Below are positions 38,424 to 53,990 of a stretch of DNA of 64,000 nt, in pieces; within the stretch, counting starts at the first letter, position 1; each line of letters begins with the position of its first letter. A model generated the notes under the pieces. It was not told the origin of the DNA, ran no database searches, and saw only the letters and a program-made list of their open reading frames with translations. The translations under genes were made by a program, and so were the position numbers. This DNA comes from Eledone cirrhosa. Taxonomy: Eukaryota. Where the stretch lies: assembly GCA_964016885.1 (NCBI GenBank), contig OZ024740.1, forward strand, positions 421,104,001 to 421,168,000. Reading direction: 5' to 3'.

Positions 38424-38532
38424 GAGGGGTGGAGTGGGGGTGTTAGTATTGTTAGTGTGGGGTGTGCGGTGAAAAGGAGGGGTGTGTTAGTGGTGTTAGT
38501 GGGGGATAAGTGGGGGAGGGGGCGGTCGAACG

Positions 38533-39927
38533 CTAAAGGAATAAGGGTGGGGAGTTCAGGCCGGGTGGGGCGTGGGTCTGTAAGATGAAGATAGTACGTT
38601 GTTCGACCATGAGGCGATGGGCGGGTGTTCCGTGGCACTGGAGTAGGCCACAGACTGTGAGATGGTGTGCGGAGTGTCCAGGGCCACCAAAGTGGCGGGC
38701 GATGGGGGAACTGCCCCCGAGACGAATGTCCCGGAGGTGCTCCGTGACTCGGTCCGCCAGGCGGCGTCCCGTCTGTCCGACATAAGTCGCGCTGCACCTC
38801 GTGCAACGAAGTCCGTAGACTAGGTTGGAGGAGGTGCAGCGGAAGGCATGCCGGACCGAGAGAGGGTGGCCGTTGGGACCCTGGAAGGTGGTGGTGTCGG
38901 TGATGTGGGGACAGGTGTTGCAGCGGGGCCTAGAACAGGGGAAGGAACCGGGGGGGGAAACGGAGCGTGGGTTGGGGGGTAGGGAGCTGTGGACGAGGAG
39001 GGTGCGGAGATTGCGTGCGCGTATGAAGGAGGGGAGTGGTGGGGTTGGGAAGATGTGGGAGGTGGAGGGGTCGGACTGGAGGTGTCGGAAGAGGCGGCGG
39101 ATGGTGCGGTGGAGGGGTGCGGTGGAGGGGTGGTAGGTGATGGGGAAGGGGAGACGCTGGGTGGGTGTGCGGTGGCGTGGGGTGAGGGTGGTAGAGCGGG
39201 GGATAGCACGGGCGCGGGTGAGAGCGGTGTGGACGAGAGAGGGGGGGTAACCTCTGCGGATGAAATGGCTGACTAGGGAAAGGGCTTGGGACTCGAAGTC
39301 AGCATCTCGGCTACAGAGGCGGCGGATCCTGAGAAGTTGGGAGTAGGGAATGGAGAGTTTAGTGTGGGTGGGGTGGGAAGAGGTGAAGTCGAGGTAAGAG
39401 TGGGAGTCGGTGGGTTTGAAGAAGGCGGAGGTGACGAGGGAGTGGTGGGAGGGGCCGAAGGCGACGGAGATGTCCAAGAAGTGGACGTGGGTGGTGGAGA
39501 TAGAGGTGGTGAAGTGGAGGGAGGGGTGGAAGGAGCAGAAGAAGGAGAGAAAGGAGTCGAGCTGTACTCGGGTGAGGGTCGTGGCTCCGATACAGTCGTC
39601 AATGTAACGACCGTACAGTTCGGGCGTGGGGCCGGTGTACTGGGCAAAGATTTGGGCCTCAACATGGCCAACGAAAATGTTGGCATAGTTCGGGCCCATT
39701 CTTGTGCCCATGGCTACCCCCGTGACCTGTTGGTAAAACTCACCCGAGAAGGAGAAACAATTTAGGGTGAGGACCAGCTCGGCGAGGCGAAGGAGGGTGG
39801 GGGTGGAGGGAATGGGGGAGGGGCGAAGGTCGAGGTAGTGTTTGAGGGCGCGAAGGCCGTCGGCGTGGGGGATGACGGTATAGAGGGACTTGAAGTCTAG
39901 GGTGAAGAGGAATGGCTGAGGGCCGGG
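38533..39927 (-). CDS. Neptune-like PLE RT + GIY-YIG (5'-truncated, frame open)
   Basis: LFTLDFKSLYT upstream of the listed start; GVAMGTRMGPNYA, RYIDD, HFLDI, KPTDSH, IPYSQ; Zn-linker CSRPRCNTC; NLVY..RC..C...YVGQT...R..EH. Confidence 0.9.
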   Translation of the reverse strand, partial: PGPQPFLFTLDFKSLYTVIPHADGLRALKHYLDLRPSPIPSTPTLLRLAELVLTLNCFSFSGEFYQQVTGVAMGTRMGPNYANIFVGHVEAQIFAQYTGPTPELYGRYIDDCIGATTLTRVQLDSFLSFFCSFHPSLHFTTSISTTHVHFLDISVAFGPSHHSLVTSAFFKPTDSHSYLDFTSSHPTHTKLSIPYSQLLRIRRLCSRDADFESQALSLVSHFIRRGYPPSLVHTALTRARAIPRSTTLTPRHRTPTQRLPFPITYHPSTAPLHRTIRRLFRHLQSDPSTSHIFPTPPLPSFIRARNLRTLLVHSSLPPNPRSVSPPGSFPCSRPRCNTCPHITDTTTFQGPNGHPLSVRHAFRCTSSNLVYGLRCTRCSATYVGQTGRRLADRVTEHLRDIRLGGSSPIARHFGGPGHSAHHLTVCGLLQCHGTPAHRLMVEQRTIFILQTHAPPGLNSPPLFL

Positions 39928-39998
39928 TATATATTATATATATATATATTATATATATATTATATATATATATATTATATATATATATATATTATATA

Positions 39999-40057
<59 letters not shown>

Positions 40058-40060
<3 letters not shown>

Positions 40061-42168
40061 AAGTGTCACTATGAAAGGCTACTAAATGAGGAGAATAAAT
40101 GGGAGAAAGACAGTCTCCCCCATATCGACCCGATAGAGGGACCAGCAGTGTTAGTCGAGGGGAGTATAATAAGTAAGGCAATCAAGGATATGAAGACTGG
40201 TAAGGCGGCTGGGCCTTCGGAAATAGTTGCTGAGATGCTGAAGGCATCTGGCACGGTGGGACACACCATGGTCACCCGCATAGTTAACCAAGTCGTACAG
40301 AATGGGGTTGTTCCGAAGGACTGGCATAGCAGCATCATCGTTAACTGTTATAAGGGTAAAGGAGACGCCCTAGATAGGAGTAACTATAGAGGCATTAAAT
40401 TAATCGACCAGGTCATGAAGGTCACGGAAAAAGTAATAGCGCAACTAATCAGAGAGAGAATTGATCTAGATGAAATGCAGTTCGGGTTTGTGTCAGGCAA
40501 AAGCACCACAGACGCTCTTTTCATAGTACGACAACTACAGGAGAAGTACCTAGCTAAAGGTAAACCCCTCTACTTAGCTTTTGTCGACCTGGAGAAAGCC
40601 TTCGACAGAGTCCCCCGCTCCATTATCTGGTGGGCTCTTAGAAAACTAGGCGTTGACGAATGGCTTGTGAGGGCTATACAAGCCATGTATAAAGAAACAG
40701 TCAGCAAGGTTAGAATTAACAACGAATATAGTGAAGAGTTTAGCGTAAAAGTTGGCGTCCATCAGGGCTCTGTTCTCAGCCCCCTACTATTTATTATTGC
40801 CCTTCAGGCTATAACAGAGGAGTTCAAGACAGGCTGCCCATGGGAACTCCTATACGCAGACGACCTGACACTCATAGCGGAATCAATGGCCGAGCTAGAG
40901 AAGAAATTCCAAACATGGAAGCACGGCCTAGAGTCAAAAGGACTTAAAATTAACCTGGCTAAGACCAAAGTTCTAGTTTGTAGGAAAGAAAACAAGGCGG
41001 CGGTCCCTTCTGGGAAATGGTCGTGCTCGGTATGTAGGAAAGGCGTAGGTAGAAACTCCATCTTATGTCCTAAATGCAAAGTATGGGTGCATAAAAGATG
41101 TAGTGGGATCACAGGTAAGCTAACTAAGAACATAGACTTTACATGTGGCCGGTGTTCTGGTGCAATAAGTAGCAGCAAGTGCCCACAAAATACTAGCTCT
41201 TTCAATTGCGCAGAGGGTTCTATAGAAATAGTGGACAGCTTCCGTTACCTGGGCGATAAAATCAGCAGTGGGGGAGGGTGCACTGAAAGTACTGTAGCTA
41301 GAGTCAGAACTGGTTGGAAAAAGTTCAGAGAGCTTATACCACTATTAGCTGCTAAAGGGTTCTCCCTAAAAATGAAAGGCAGGTTGTACGATGCCTGCAT
41401 ACGAACAGCAATGTTGCATGGTAGTGAGACCTGGGCATTGTGTGCAGAGGATATACGCAGACTAGAGAGGAACGAAGCTTGCATGCTCCGCTGGATGTGT
41501 AACAGTAATATACGTGAACGGCAAAGCATAAACGAACTAAGGAAAAAATTAGAGATAAGAGGGATCAGATGTTGTTTACTCGAGAGAAGGCTGCGTTGGT
41601 ATGGACACGTGATGCGCATGAAAGTCGATAGCTGTATTACAAAGTGCAGGGCAATAAAGATAGACGGTAGCCACGGAATAGGCAGACCTAGAAAAACATG
41701 GGATGAGCTGATAAACTCCGACCTCACACACTTACACCACTCCAAGACAATGTCACTGGACCGTGACCTTTGGCGGTACTCAGTAACAGAGAAGACCCGC
41801 CTTGCCAGTAGGCATCTCTAACAAAATACACCCCGTCCCGCCACCACCCCCACCCCATCCACACCACCCCGTTCTATGTAAAGTTATGTTGGTGCCGCGC
41901 CATCCAGGCCGAAACAAATGAGATCGTGTAGGTGTCACGACAAAAAAACACACAGTCCACGCTGTAATGTGGCCGTGTAGGCAACACGGTAAAAACCTCC
42001 CAGACCCACACTGTAAATGTGGTTGGTGTTAGGAAGGGCATCCAACTGTAGAAAACCTGCCAGACAGTCGTATGCGAGCAAGACAATCACTCTTGCCTCA
42101 AGTGGGACTACCCCCGTCCAAACCCATGCAAGCGTGGAACACGGACGTTAAACGTTGATGATGATGAT
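40058..42168 (+). mobile_element. RTE-like family B, 5'-truncated (RT+PHD frame open to 41821)
   Basis: RT motifs, PHD, 3' UTR, (GAT)n tail, TA flanks. Confidence 0.92.
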
Positions 42169-42207
42169 TATATATATATATATTATATATATATATTTTA
42201 TATATAT

Positions 42208-43003
42208 AAATGCACACAATATAGGTCCTGGGTACACAAGAGATGTAGCGGGATAGCAGCCAAACTAACAGGTAGGGAGAAATATGTATGCAGTAGATGT
42301 ACAGGGAAATTAGACAGTAGAAGTCGCACTGATAGACACATTTTTCAAATGCGAGAGGGCGCTATAGAAGTGGTGGATAGCTTCCGGTACCTAGGAGATC
42401 AGATTAGCATGGGAGGAGGGTGTTCCGAGGCCATAGTATCTAGAATAAGGACGGGTTGGAAGAAGTTTAGGGAGCTGCTTCCTCTGTTGACGAAGAAGGG
42501 TTTCTCCCTGCGTACGAAAGGCCGGTTGTATGATGCCTGTGTGAGGAGCGCGATGCTGCATGGTAGTGAGACATGGGCAGCTACCGCAGAAGATATGCGA
42601 CGGCTGGAGAGAAATGAGGCAAGCATGCTCCGTTGGATGTGCAGTGTAAATGTGCGTGAACGACCCAGCATAAATGTGTTGAGAGAGAAACTGTGTCTGA
42701 GAGGGATAGAATGTAGTGTACGGGAGAGGAGACTGAGGTGGTATGGACATGTGATGCGCATGGAGGATGACCGATGGGTGAAGAAGTGCCAGGAAATGCC
42801 AGTTGAAGGAAGACGTGGTAGAGGTAGACCACGAAAAACATGGGCGGAGGTGGTGAGAACAGACCTCAGATCATTGAAGCTCACGGTGGAGATGACGAGG
42901 GACCGTGACGAGTGGAGAGATGCTGTGCTGAATAAGACCCATCCCACCCTTGCAAGCAGGGAAAAGCGGACGTAAAATGATGATGATGATGATGATGATG
43001 ATG
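42208..43003 (+). mobile_element. RTE-like family C, 5'-truncated within the PHD
   Basis: WVHKRCSG...CSRC, SFRYLG, RRLRWYGH; ORF stops at 42975 directly before (GAT)n. Confidence 0.9.
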
Positions 43004-43147
43004 ATTATATATATATTATATATATATATTATATTATATATATATTACATATATATATTATATTATATATATATTATATATATATATTATATTATATATA
43101 TATTATATATATATATTATATTATATATATATTATATATATATATAT

Positions 43148-43179
<32 letters not shown>

Positions 43180-43296
43180 ATTATATATATATTATATATA
43201 TATATTATATTATATATATATTATATATATATATTATATTATATATATATATTATATATATATATTATATTATATATATATATTATATATATATAT

Positions 43297-43328
<32 letters not shown>

Positions 43329-43482
43329 ATATATTATATATATATATATATTATATATATATATATATATTATATATATATATATATATTATATATATAC
43401 GTTATTCCGGGTTGAATCGGAGGTAACCACAGTAAGTAAGGTACTCAATACATAGCAGAGTATAAAAGTTTTAATATAGATG

Positions 43483-43533
43483 AGATTCTACAGGACTAGA
43501 ACTGTTTCATTCATTAGAAATCATCAGGAATCT
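43483..43533 (-). ncRNA. Type I hammerhead ribozyme (F5)
   Basis: Reverse complement of 53767-53817. Confidence 0.8.
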
Positions 43534-44142
43534 GGGTATCAAAAAATAAATATGGTATTTATAGGTCTCTACAAGTGGTAGGAGAGGGTGGGGAGTGGGA
43601 TGGGTGCAGGTCATTGGTTGATAGACAAGGGAACTCATTAAAAGCTAATTCTACAAAGCTATAGTTTATTTTTATTTATTTATGTTTTTAGAGTAACAAG
43701 GGCAGACAGAATTCTATAAACAGGTTCCGGATGGCATACCATTCCTTGTCATTAAGTTTCTCTTAAGCTAACAGATGTCTATAAAATCAGTGGGGGGTCA
43801 GTCATGGTCGATAGAATTAAAGAAAAGGGAGATTCTTTAAAAGCTAAAATCATTAAGGTTCTACTAAGTGACAAAGGTCTAGAGAATTCTGCAGACAGAT
43901 TCAAAATACTGAGTGCATATCTTACTATTATCTTCGAACTTCTCTTAAACTAATCAACTATATGCCAAAAATCAACAGACACATTCACAAAAAAACAAAA
44001 AAACACATACTCACTCACACACTTACGCACAACCATAAACACACACACAAACACATATACACACATAAAAACACACACACATATATAAAAATATATTCAT
44101 GTACACACACATACATACACGCATACATACATACATACATAC

Positions 44143-44191
<49 letters not shown>

Positions 44192-44384
44192 TATATACAC
44201 ATATATACACACACATATATATATATACACATACACACACACATACACATACATACACACACACACACATATATACACAAATAAACACACTCACACGCAT
44301 ACATACAAACACAAATATACATGTGTATACATATACACACAAATACATATAGACATATATACATACACATACACAGACACATAT

Positions 44385-44455
<71 letters not shown>

Positions 44456-44482
44456 CACACATACACACATACATACATACAC

Positions 44483-44515
<33 letters not shown>

Positions 44516-44520
44516 TACAT

Positions 44521-44569
<49 letters not shown>

Positions 44570-44791
44570 AAAAAAAAAACCCATACACACACATATATAT
44601 ACATATACACACACATATACACACAAACACACACACACATACATATACACATATACATATATATATATACATTCATATATATAACCACATACATATATAC
44701 ATACACATACATATATATATATATATATATACACACATAAACAAATATATACACATACAAACACACACACACACATACATACACATACATA

Positions 44792-44867
<76 letters not shown>

Positions 44868-44909
44868 CACACACATACACATATATACACATATATAAGA
44901 AAAAAGCAC

Positions 44910-44941
<32 letters not shown>

Positions 44942-45176
44942 CATATATATATACACATACACATACACATATACACACACATACATATATATATATATAC
45001 ATATATACATATACACACATATATACACACACCCACACATATACATATATATATATATACACACATACATACACACACATACACATATATATATATGTAT
45101 ATATATATATATTCATACACACAAATATATACATATATATAAAAATATACACACATATGCATACATACACACACAC

Positions 45177-45307
<131 letters not shown>

Positions 45308-45332
45308 TATATACACATACACATACACATAT

Positions 45333-45365
<33 letters not shown>

Positions 45366-45540
45366 CATATATACATATACACACATATATACACACACCC
45401 ACACATATACATATATATATATACACACATACATACACACACATACACATATATATATATGTATATATATATATATTCATACACACAAATATATACATAT
45501 ATATAAAAATATACACACATATACATACATACACACACAC

Positions 45541-45647
<107 letters not shown>

Positions 45648-45861
45648 CATACAAACACATATACACATACATACATATAAACATATATATACACACACAT
45701 ATATACACGTATGCACATACATATATACATATATATATACATATATATATATACACATATATATACATATATACACATATACATACACATACTTACACAC
45801 ACATATATATACATATTATATATACACATATACACACACATACACACACACATATATACAC

Positions 45862-45937
<76 letters not shown>

Positions 45938-46168
45938 ATACAAATACACACACATATATATACACGCACACACATATATATACACACATATATATACACA
46001 CACACACCCACACACACATACACATGCATATGTATAAATATCTATACACACGCATATATATATATATATATACATCCATACATATACAAACATACACATA
46101 CATACACAGACCTATACATAAATATACACATATATATACACAGACATATAACGCATATATACACACAC

Positions 46169-46222
<54 letters not shown>

Positions 46223-46358
46223 AGTGTAATTTTCTACACAAAACGAAGGTTATAGAGAAAATTGAGGTTGGTAATGGCACATGGAATATATAAGAGACAG
46301 AATACTTTTTTGTGAAAAAACATAATTTTATAAGGTAAGGAAATAATAAAGGGTATAA

Positions 46359-46406
46359 AAAATGACCGGTTTCGATGGGTCTGCAAAAGCCATCTTTTCA
46401 AATGTT
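46359..46406 (-). ncRNA. Minimal type I hammerhead, U3-A8 variant (F6)
   Basis: Reverse complement of 48672-48719. Confidence 0.6.
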
Positions 46407-46678
46407 GATTAATATTAAGAAAAATTAATAATACGAAGAGTTAAAATTTGAGACTTGAAAATTCAAGTATAAAATTCATTGTGGGATTTCATAGCAGTTT
46501 TCATCTAGGTAGCAACAACAGGTTGACTGCTGTGTCCCTTTCTGGTAGTGAATGAGAAGTTATTTGGGGTGTGGGTTATTTTATAAAGGTCAGATTTAGC
46601 AATAGCCAGCTGCTGGTCAGTGAGGGGGTGGAAGCAATATACACACACATACCTTCATCCACACATACATACACATAC

Positions 46679-46719
<41 letters not shown>

Positions 46720-46796
46720 CACACATACATACACACACACATACATATACATACACACATACACACACACACACATATATATATACACACACACAC

Positions 46797-46829
<33 letters not shown>

Positions 46830-46860
46830 TATATATACATACACATACATCCAGATACAC

Positions 46861-46903
<43 letters not shown>

Positions 46904-46910
46904 CACACAC

Positions 46911-46945
<35 letters not shown>

Positions 46946-47498
46946 CCCACACATACATACACACACACATATATATATATATACATACACACATACAAAC
47001 ATACACACACACACACACACACATATATATACACACATACACACACATATATATACACACACACACACACACACATGCATATATATATATATATACACAT
47101 ACGCATACATCCATATACCCACATACATACACACACACACACACACACACGCACACACAATACATACATCCACATGCACACACATACTCACACACACACA
47201 CACACACATACATACACCCACACACAGAGAAATGGCCTTCAAATATATATATATATATATACATACAGACACATATATTTTTTCCATAATATAAGAAGTT
47301 GGGGCAGTGAAATTAAAATAATTCTGTGTGCGCATATATATATAGATATACGTGTGTGCACGTGCAGGGTTTAACATGGATGTGTTGGTCACACAAAGGC
47401 ATGGTCTGTCAATGAATAAACCTGATTCTACAGAATTGGTCTCTGGTCTTTAATAGTAGTGATTCCGTGCGTATGTGTGTTTATATTTTATGACAATT

Positions 47499-47733
47499 CT
47501 ATTGGGGTGATAACCCGTTTAGTTTTGGTTTAAATTTGTTAAGGAATAGATTTTCTTTGTTTATTCTTTGTTGTTGTGTGAACGAATCTGAGCACTTGTA
47601 GAAGGGGAAGATTTTAAAGTTGGGTAGTGTCATTCCTGCGCAGTTCGCAATATGGCTGCTCAAGGGGATTTTTCTTGTGTTAGCGTCCCGGATTTGTTGG
47701 CGGTGGATGGTCATTCTTTTGCGTAATGACCAT
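47499..47733 (-). pseudogene. PLE GIY-YIG endonuclease C-terminal fragment (Neptune-like)
   Basis: SLRKRMTIHRQQIRD...LSSHIANC...FKIFPFYK...RINKENLFLNKFKPKLN. Confidence 0.75.
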
Positions 47734-48138
47734 CGTATATCTATATATATATGCGCACACAGAATTATTTTAATTTCACTGCCCCAACTTCTTATATTAT
47801 GGAAAAAATATATGTGTCTGTATGTATATATATATATATATATTTGAAGGCCATTTCTCTGTGTGTGGGTGTATGTATGTGTGTGTGTGTGTGTGTGAGT
47901 ATGTGTGTGCATGTGGATGTATGTATTGTGTGTGCGTGTGTGTGTGTGTGTGTGTATGTATGTGGGTATCTGGATGTATGCGTATGTGTATATATATATA
48001 TATATGCATGTGTGTGTGTGTGTGTGTGTATATATATGTGTGTGTATGTGTGTATATATATGTGTGTGTGTGTGTGTGTGTATGTTTGTATGTGTGTATG
48101 TATATATATATATATGTGTGTGTGTATGTATGTGTGGG

Positions 48139-48215
<77 letters not shown>

Positions 48216-48246
48216 GTGTATCTGGATGTATGTGTATGTATATATA

Positions 48247-48279
<33 letters not shown>

Positions 48280-48356
48280 GTGTGTGTGTGTATATATATA
48301 TGTGTGTGTGTGTGTATGTGTGTATGTATATGTATGTGTGTGTGTATGTATGTGTG

Positions 48357-48399
<43 letters not shown>

Positions 48400-48671
48400 G
48401 TATGTGTATGTATGTGTGGATGAAGGTATGTGTGTGTATATTGCTTCCACCCCCTCACTGACCAGCAGCTGGCTATTGCTAAATCTGACCTTTATAAAAT
48501 AACCCACACCCCAAATAACTTCTCATTCACTACCAGAAAGGGACACAGCAGTCAACCTGTTGTTGCTACCTAGATGAAAACTGCTATGAAATCCCACAAT
48601 GAATTTTATACTTGAATTTTCAAGTCTCAAATTTTAACTCTTCGTATTATTAATTTTTCTTAATATTAATC

Positions 48672-48719
48672 AACATTTGAAAAGATGGCTTTTGCAGACC
48701 CATCGAAACCGGTCATTTT
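48672..48719 (+). ncRNA. Minimal type I hammerhead, U3-A8 variant (F6)
   Basis: AACAT-TTGAAAA-GATGG..CCATC-GAAA-CCGG-TC-ATTTT; strong stem II, palindromic stem III, weak stem I. Confidence 0.6.
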
Positions 48720-48819
48720 TTATACCCTTTATTATTTCCTTACCTTATAAAATTATGTTTTTTCACAAAAAAGTATTCTGTCTCTTATATATTCCATGTG
48801 CCATTACCAACCTCAATTT

Positions 48820-48865
<46 letters not shown>

Positions 48866-48931
48866 CACACACGCGCATACACACACACATACACACACAC
48901 ACAAATATATATACACACTCTCTCTCTCACG

Positions 48932-48991
<60 letters not shown>

Positions 48992-49036
48992 CATACACAC
49001 ATATACATATATACACACATACATATACACAGACAC

Positions 49037-49069
<33 letters not shown>

Positions 49070-49135
49070 TACACACATACACACACACATATATATATAC
49101 ACATATACACACACATATACATATATATATATATT

Positions 49136-49177
<42 letters not shown>

Positions 49178-49182
49178 CAAAT

Positions 49183-49230
<48 letters not shown>

Positions 49231-49240
49231 CTGCCCACAC

Positions 49241-49298
<58 letters not shown>

Positions 49299-49316
49299 GC
49301 ACACACATACATACAT

Positions 49317-49353
<37 letters not shown>

Positions 49354-49379
49354 CATACATATACATACATATACATATA

Positions 49380-49415
<36 letters not shown>

Positions 49416-49624
49416 CACACATATACATATATATATATATATATACACACACACATACACATACATACACACATATATACATAAACATACATACATACAT
49501 ACTCATACATACATACATACATACATACACATATATACACATATATATATATATACATATATATACACATATATACATACATATACATACATAAATATAC
49601 ACACATAAAACACATATACACACA

Positions 49625-49682
<58 letters not shown>

Positions 49683-49898
49683 TACATATACACACATACA
49701 AACAAATATATACACATACAAATAAATAGGTACTCAATAAATATACGCATATACGCAGGCACATAAAGACACCTCTACAGGCAGAAAATGTAGATACGAA
49801 AGAGGTACTCACATAACCATAGTGGCCGTATTTCAGGTTGAGGAGGGGTGGGGGTAGGGTGGGGAGGAGGTATAGGGGCCAATAGGGGGAGGTCGTTT

Positions 49899-50288
49899 TT
49901 AGCCATCGGGCTTTAACACTGGCTTAAAGTGTTTGAAGGTTGCAAAGTTCTTGTGCATGCAGTTCGGGCAGTGTTCAGAGAGTTTGTTCAGTAGCGGGCC
50001 CTTGGCGAATAAAATTTCGTAGCTCTCTGAAATACAAAGGTCGCAGCCCTTGTGTCCTCCGTTGTAAGAGCGCGCTTTCTGGAGTATTTTCCAATTAAGC
50101 GTGAAGGGGGTGGAGTTCCTTTTGAGGTCCCAAACGTAGGAGGCGAGTGTTGTCTGATTTGATTTATCCGGTCTTCTGAAGGAGTGGGTATGGGCATACC
50201 AACGGGTCTTAAAGTTGTTGGAGGTCATGCCGATGTAAGTTTTTTTGCAATCCTCGGTGCCTGAGATGACATCGCATTTGTATACGAT
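49899..50288 (-). pseudogene. PLE GIY-YIG fragment (F5 left arm)
   Basis: IVYKC...[17 protein letters not shown]...CDLCISE..CMH. Confidence 0.85.
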
Positions 50289-50720
50289 AAGGAAGCATGC
50301 CCACTTGAAAACAAATGCCTCACAAATGACATCGTATACAAATGCGATGTCATCTCAGGCACCGAGGATTGCAAAAAAACTTACATCGGCATGACCTCCA
50401 ACAACTTTAAGACCCGTTGGTATGCCCATACCCACTCCTTCAGAAGACCGGATAAATCAAATCAGACAACACTCGCCTCCTACGTTTGGGACCTCAAAAG
50501 GAACTCCACCCCCTTCACGCTTAATTGGAAAATACTCCAGAAAGCGCGCTCTTACAACGGAGGACACAAGGGCTGCGACCTTTGTATTTCAGAGAGCTAC
50601 GAAATTTTATTCGCCAAGGGCCCGCTACTGAACAAACTCTCTGAACACTGCCCGAACTGCATGCACAAGAACTTTGCAACCTTCAAACACTTTAAGCCAG
50701 TGTTAAAGCCCGATGGCTAA
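50289..50720 (+). pseudogene. PLE GIY-YIG fragment (F5 right arm, Nematis-like)
   Basis: KEACPLENKCLTNDIVYKC...YIGMT...; homologous to the C-terminus of the 29302-31412 ORF. Confidence 0.87.
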
Positions 50721-50944
50721 AAACGACCTCCCCCTATTGGCCCCCATACCTCCTCCCCACCCTACCCCCACCCCTCCTCAACCTGAAATACGGCCACTAT
50801 GGTTACGTGAGTACCTCTTTCGTATCTACATTTTCTGCCTGTAGAGGTGTCTTTATGTGCCTGCGTATATGCGTATATTTATTGAGTACCTATTTATTTG
50901 TATGTGTATATATTTGTTTGTATGTGTGTATATGTATGTGTGTG

Positions 50945-50977
<33 letters not shown>

Positions 50978-51143
50978 GTTTGTGTGTATATGTGTTTTAT
51001 GTGTGTATATTTATGTATGTATATGTATGTATATATGTGTATATATATGTATATATATATATATGTGTATATATGTGTATGTATGTATGTATGTATGTAT
51101 GTATGTATGTATGTTTATGTATATATGTGTGTATGTATGTGTA

Positions 51144-51224
<81 letters not shown>

Positions 51225-51292
51225 GTATATGTATGTATATGTATGTATATATATATATATATGTATGTGTGTGTATGTATGTATGTGTGTGC

Positions 51293-51340
<48 letters not shown>

Positions 51341-51393
51341 GTGTGGGCAGGTGTGTGTATATATATATATATATATGTGTGTGTGTGCGTATT

Positions 51394-51449
<56 letters not shown>

Positions 51450-51587
51450 AATATATATATATATGTATATGTGTGTGTATATGTGTATATATATATGTGT
51501 GTGTGTATGTGTGTATATATGTGTGTATATATATATATATATATGTCTGTGTATATGTATGTGTGTATATATGTATATGTGTGTATG

Positions 51588-51633
<46 letters not shown>

Positions 51634-51699
51634 CGTGAGAGAGAGAGTGTGTATATATATTTGTGTGTATGTGTGTGTATGTGTGTATGCGCGTGTGTG

Positions 51700-51764
<65 letters not shown>

Positions 51765-51858
51765 GTGTGTATATATGGGTTATATGTCTGTGTATATATA
51801 TGTGTATATTTATGTATAGGTCTGTGTATGTATGTGTATGTTTGTATATGTATGGATG

Positions 51859-51893
<35 letters not shown>

Positions 51894-52009
51894 GTGTGTG
51901 TATAGATATTTATACATATGCATGTGTATGTGTGTGTGGGTGTGTGTGTGTATATATATGTGTGTATATATATGTGTGTGCGTGTATATATATGTGTGTG
52001 TATTTGTAT

Positions 52010-52100
<91 letters not shown>

Positions 52101-52513
52101 GTGTATGTATGTATGTGTATATATGTGTGTGTGTATGTGTGTGTATATGTGTATATATAATATGTATATATATGTGTGTGTAAGTATGTGTATGTATATG
52201 TGTATATATGTATATATATGTGTATATATATATATGTATATATATATGTATATATTTGTGTGTATGAATATATATATATATACATATATATATATGTGTA
52301 TGTGTGTGTATGTATGTGTGTATATATATATGTATATGTGTGGGTGTGTGTATATATGTGTGTATATGTATATATGTATATATATATATATATATATATA
52401 ATGTATGTATGTGTGTGTATATGTGTATGTGTATGTGTATATATATATGTATATATATATATGTATGTATGGTGCTTTTTTCTTATATATGTGTATATAT
52501 GTGTATGTGTGTG

Positions 52514-52562
<49 letters not shown>

Positions 52563-52772
52563 ATGTATGTGTGTGTGTGTGTTTGTATGTGTATATATTT
52601 GTTTATGTGTGTATATATATATATATATATATGTATGTGTATGTATGTATATATGTATGTGGTTATATATATGAATGTATATATATATATATGTATATGT
52701 GTATATGTATGTGTGTGTGTGTTTGTGTGTATGTGTGTGTATATGTATATATATGTGTGTGTATGGGTTTTT

Positions 52773-52822
<50 letters not shown>

Positions 52823-52828
52823 CATGTA

Positions 52829-52859
<31 letters not shown>

Positions 52860-52883
52860 GTATATGTGTATGTATGTATGTGT

Positions 52884-52927
<44 letters not shown>

Positions 52928-53120
52928 ATATGTGTCTGTGTATGTGTATGTATATATGTCTATATGTATTTGTGTGTATATGTATACACATGTATATTTG
53001 TGTTTGTATGTATGCGTGTGAGTGTATTTATTTGTGTATATATGTGTGTGTGTGTGTATGTATGTGTATGTGTGTGTGTATGTGTATATATATATATGTG
53101 TGTGTATATATGTGTATATA

Positions 53121-53161
<41 letters not shown>

Positions 53162-53766
53162 GTATGTATGTATGTATGCGTGTATGTATGTGTGTGTACA
53201 TGAATATATTTTTATATATGTGTGTGTGTTTTTATGTGTGTATATGTGTTTGTGTGTGTGTTTATGGTTGTACGTAAGTGTGTGAGTGAGTATGTGTTTT
53301 TTTGTTTTTTTGTGAATGTGTCTGTTGATTTTTGGCATATAGTTGATTAGTTTAAGAGAAGTTCGAAGATAATAGTAAGATATGCACTCAGTATTTTGAA
53401 TCTGTCTGCAGAATTCTCTAGACCTTTGTCACTTAGTAGAACCTTAATGATTTTAGCTTTTAAAGAATCTCCCTTTTCTTTAATTCTATCGACCATGACT
53501 GACCCCCCACTGATTTTATAGACATCTGTTAGCTTAAGAGAAACTTAATGACAAGGAATGGTATGCCATCCGGAACCTGTTTATAGAATTCTGTCTGCCC
53601 TTGTTACTCTAAAAACATAAATAAATAAAAATAAACTATAGCTTTGTAGAATTAGCTTTTAATGAATTCCCTTGTCTATCAACCAATGACCTGCACCCAT
53701 CCCACTCCCCACCCTCTCCTACCACTTGTAGAGACCTATAAATACAATATTTATTTTTTGATACCC

Positions 53767-53817
53767 AGATTCCTGATGATTTCTAATGAATGAAACAGTT
53801 CTAGTCCTGTAGAATCT
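53767..53817 (+). ncRNA. Type I hammerhead ribozyme (F5)
   Basis: AGATTC-CTGATGA-TTTC TAAT GAAT-GAAA-CAG TTCTAGTC CTG-TA-GAATCT; canonical core, GUA triplet. Confidence 0.82.
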
Positions 53818-53938
53818 CATCTATATTAAAATATATTATATATATATATATATTATATATATATATATATTATATATATATATATATTATATATATATAT
53901 ATATTATATATATATATATATTATATATATATATATAT

Positions 53939-53970
<32 letters not shown>

Positions 53971-53990
53971 ATATATTATATATATATATA

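Larger units (their letters stand above)
46219..48826. mobile_element. PLE family F6 palindrome nested in the left arm of F5
   Basis: Arms ~46254-47352 and 47734-48826; the spacer holds a minus-strand GIY-YIG C-terminus; absent from the F5 right arm. Confidence 0.85.

Noticed and set aside
37838-38806. ORFs spanning the N run, and indels in the adjacent RTE-A fragment
   Set aside because: Artefacts of the gap and probably of low consensus quality at a contig end
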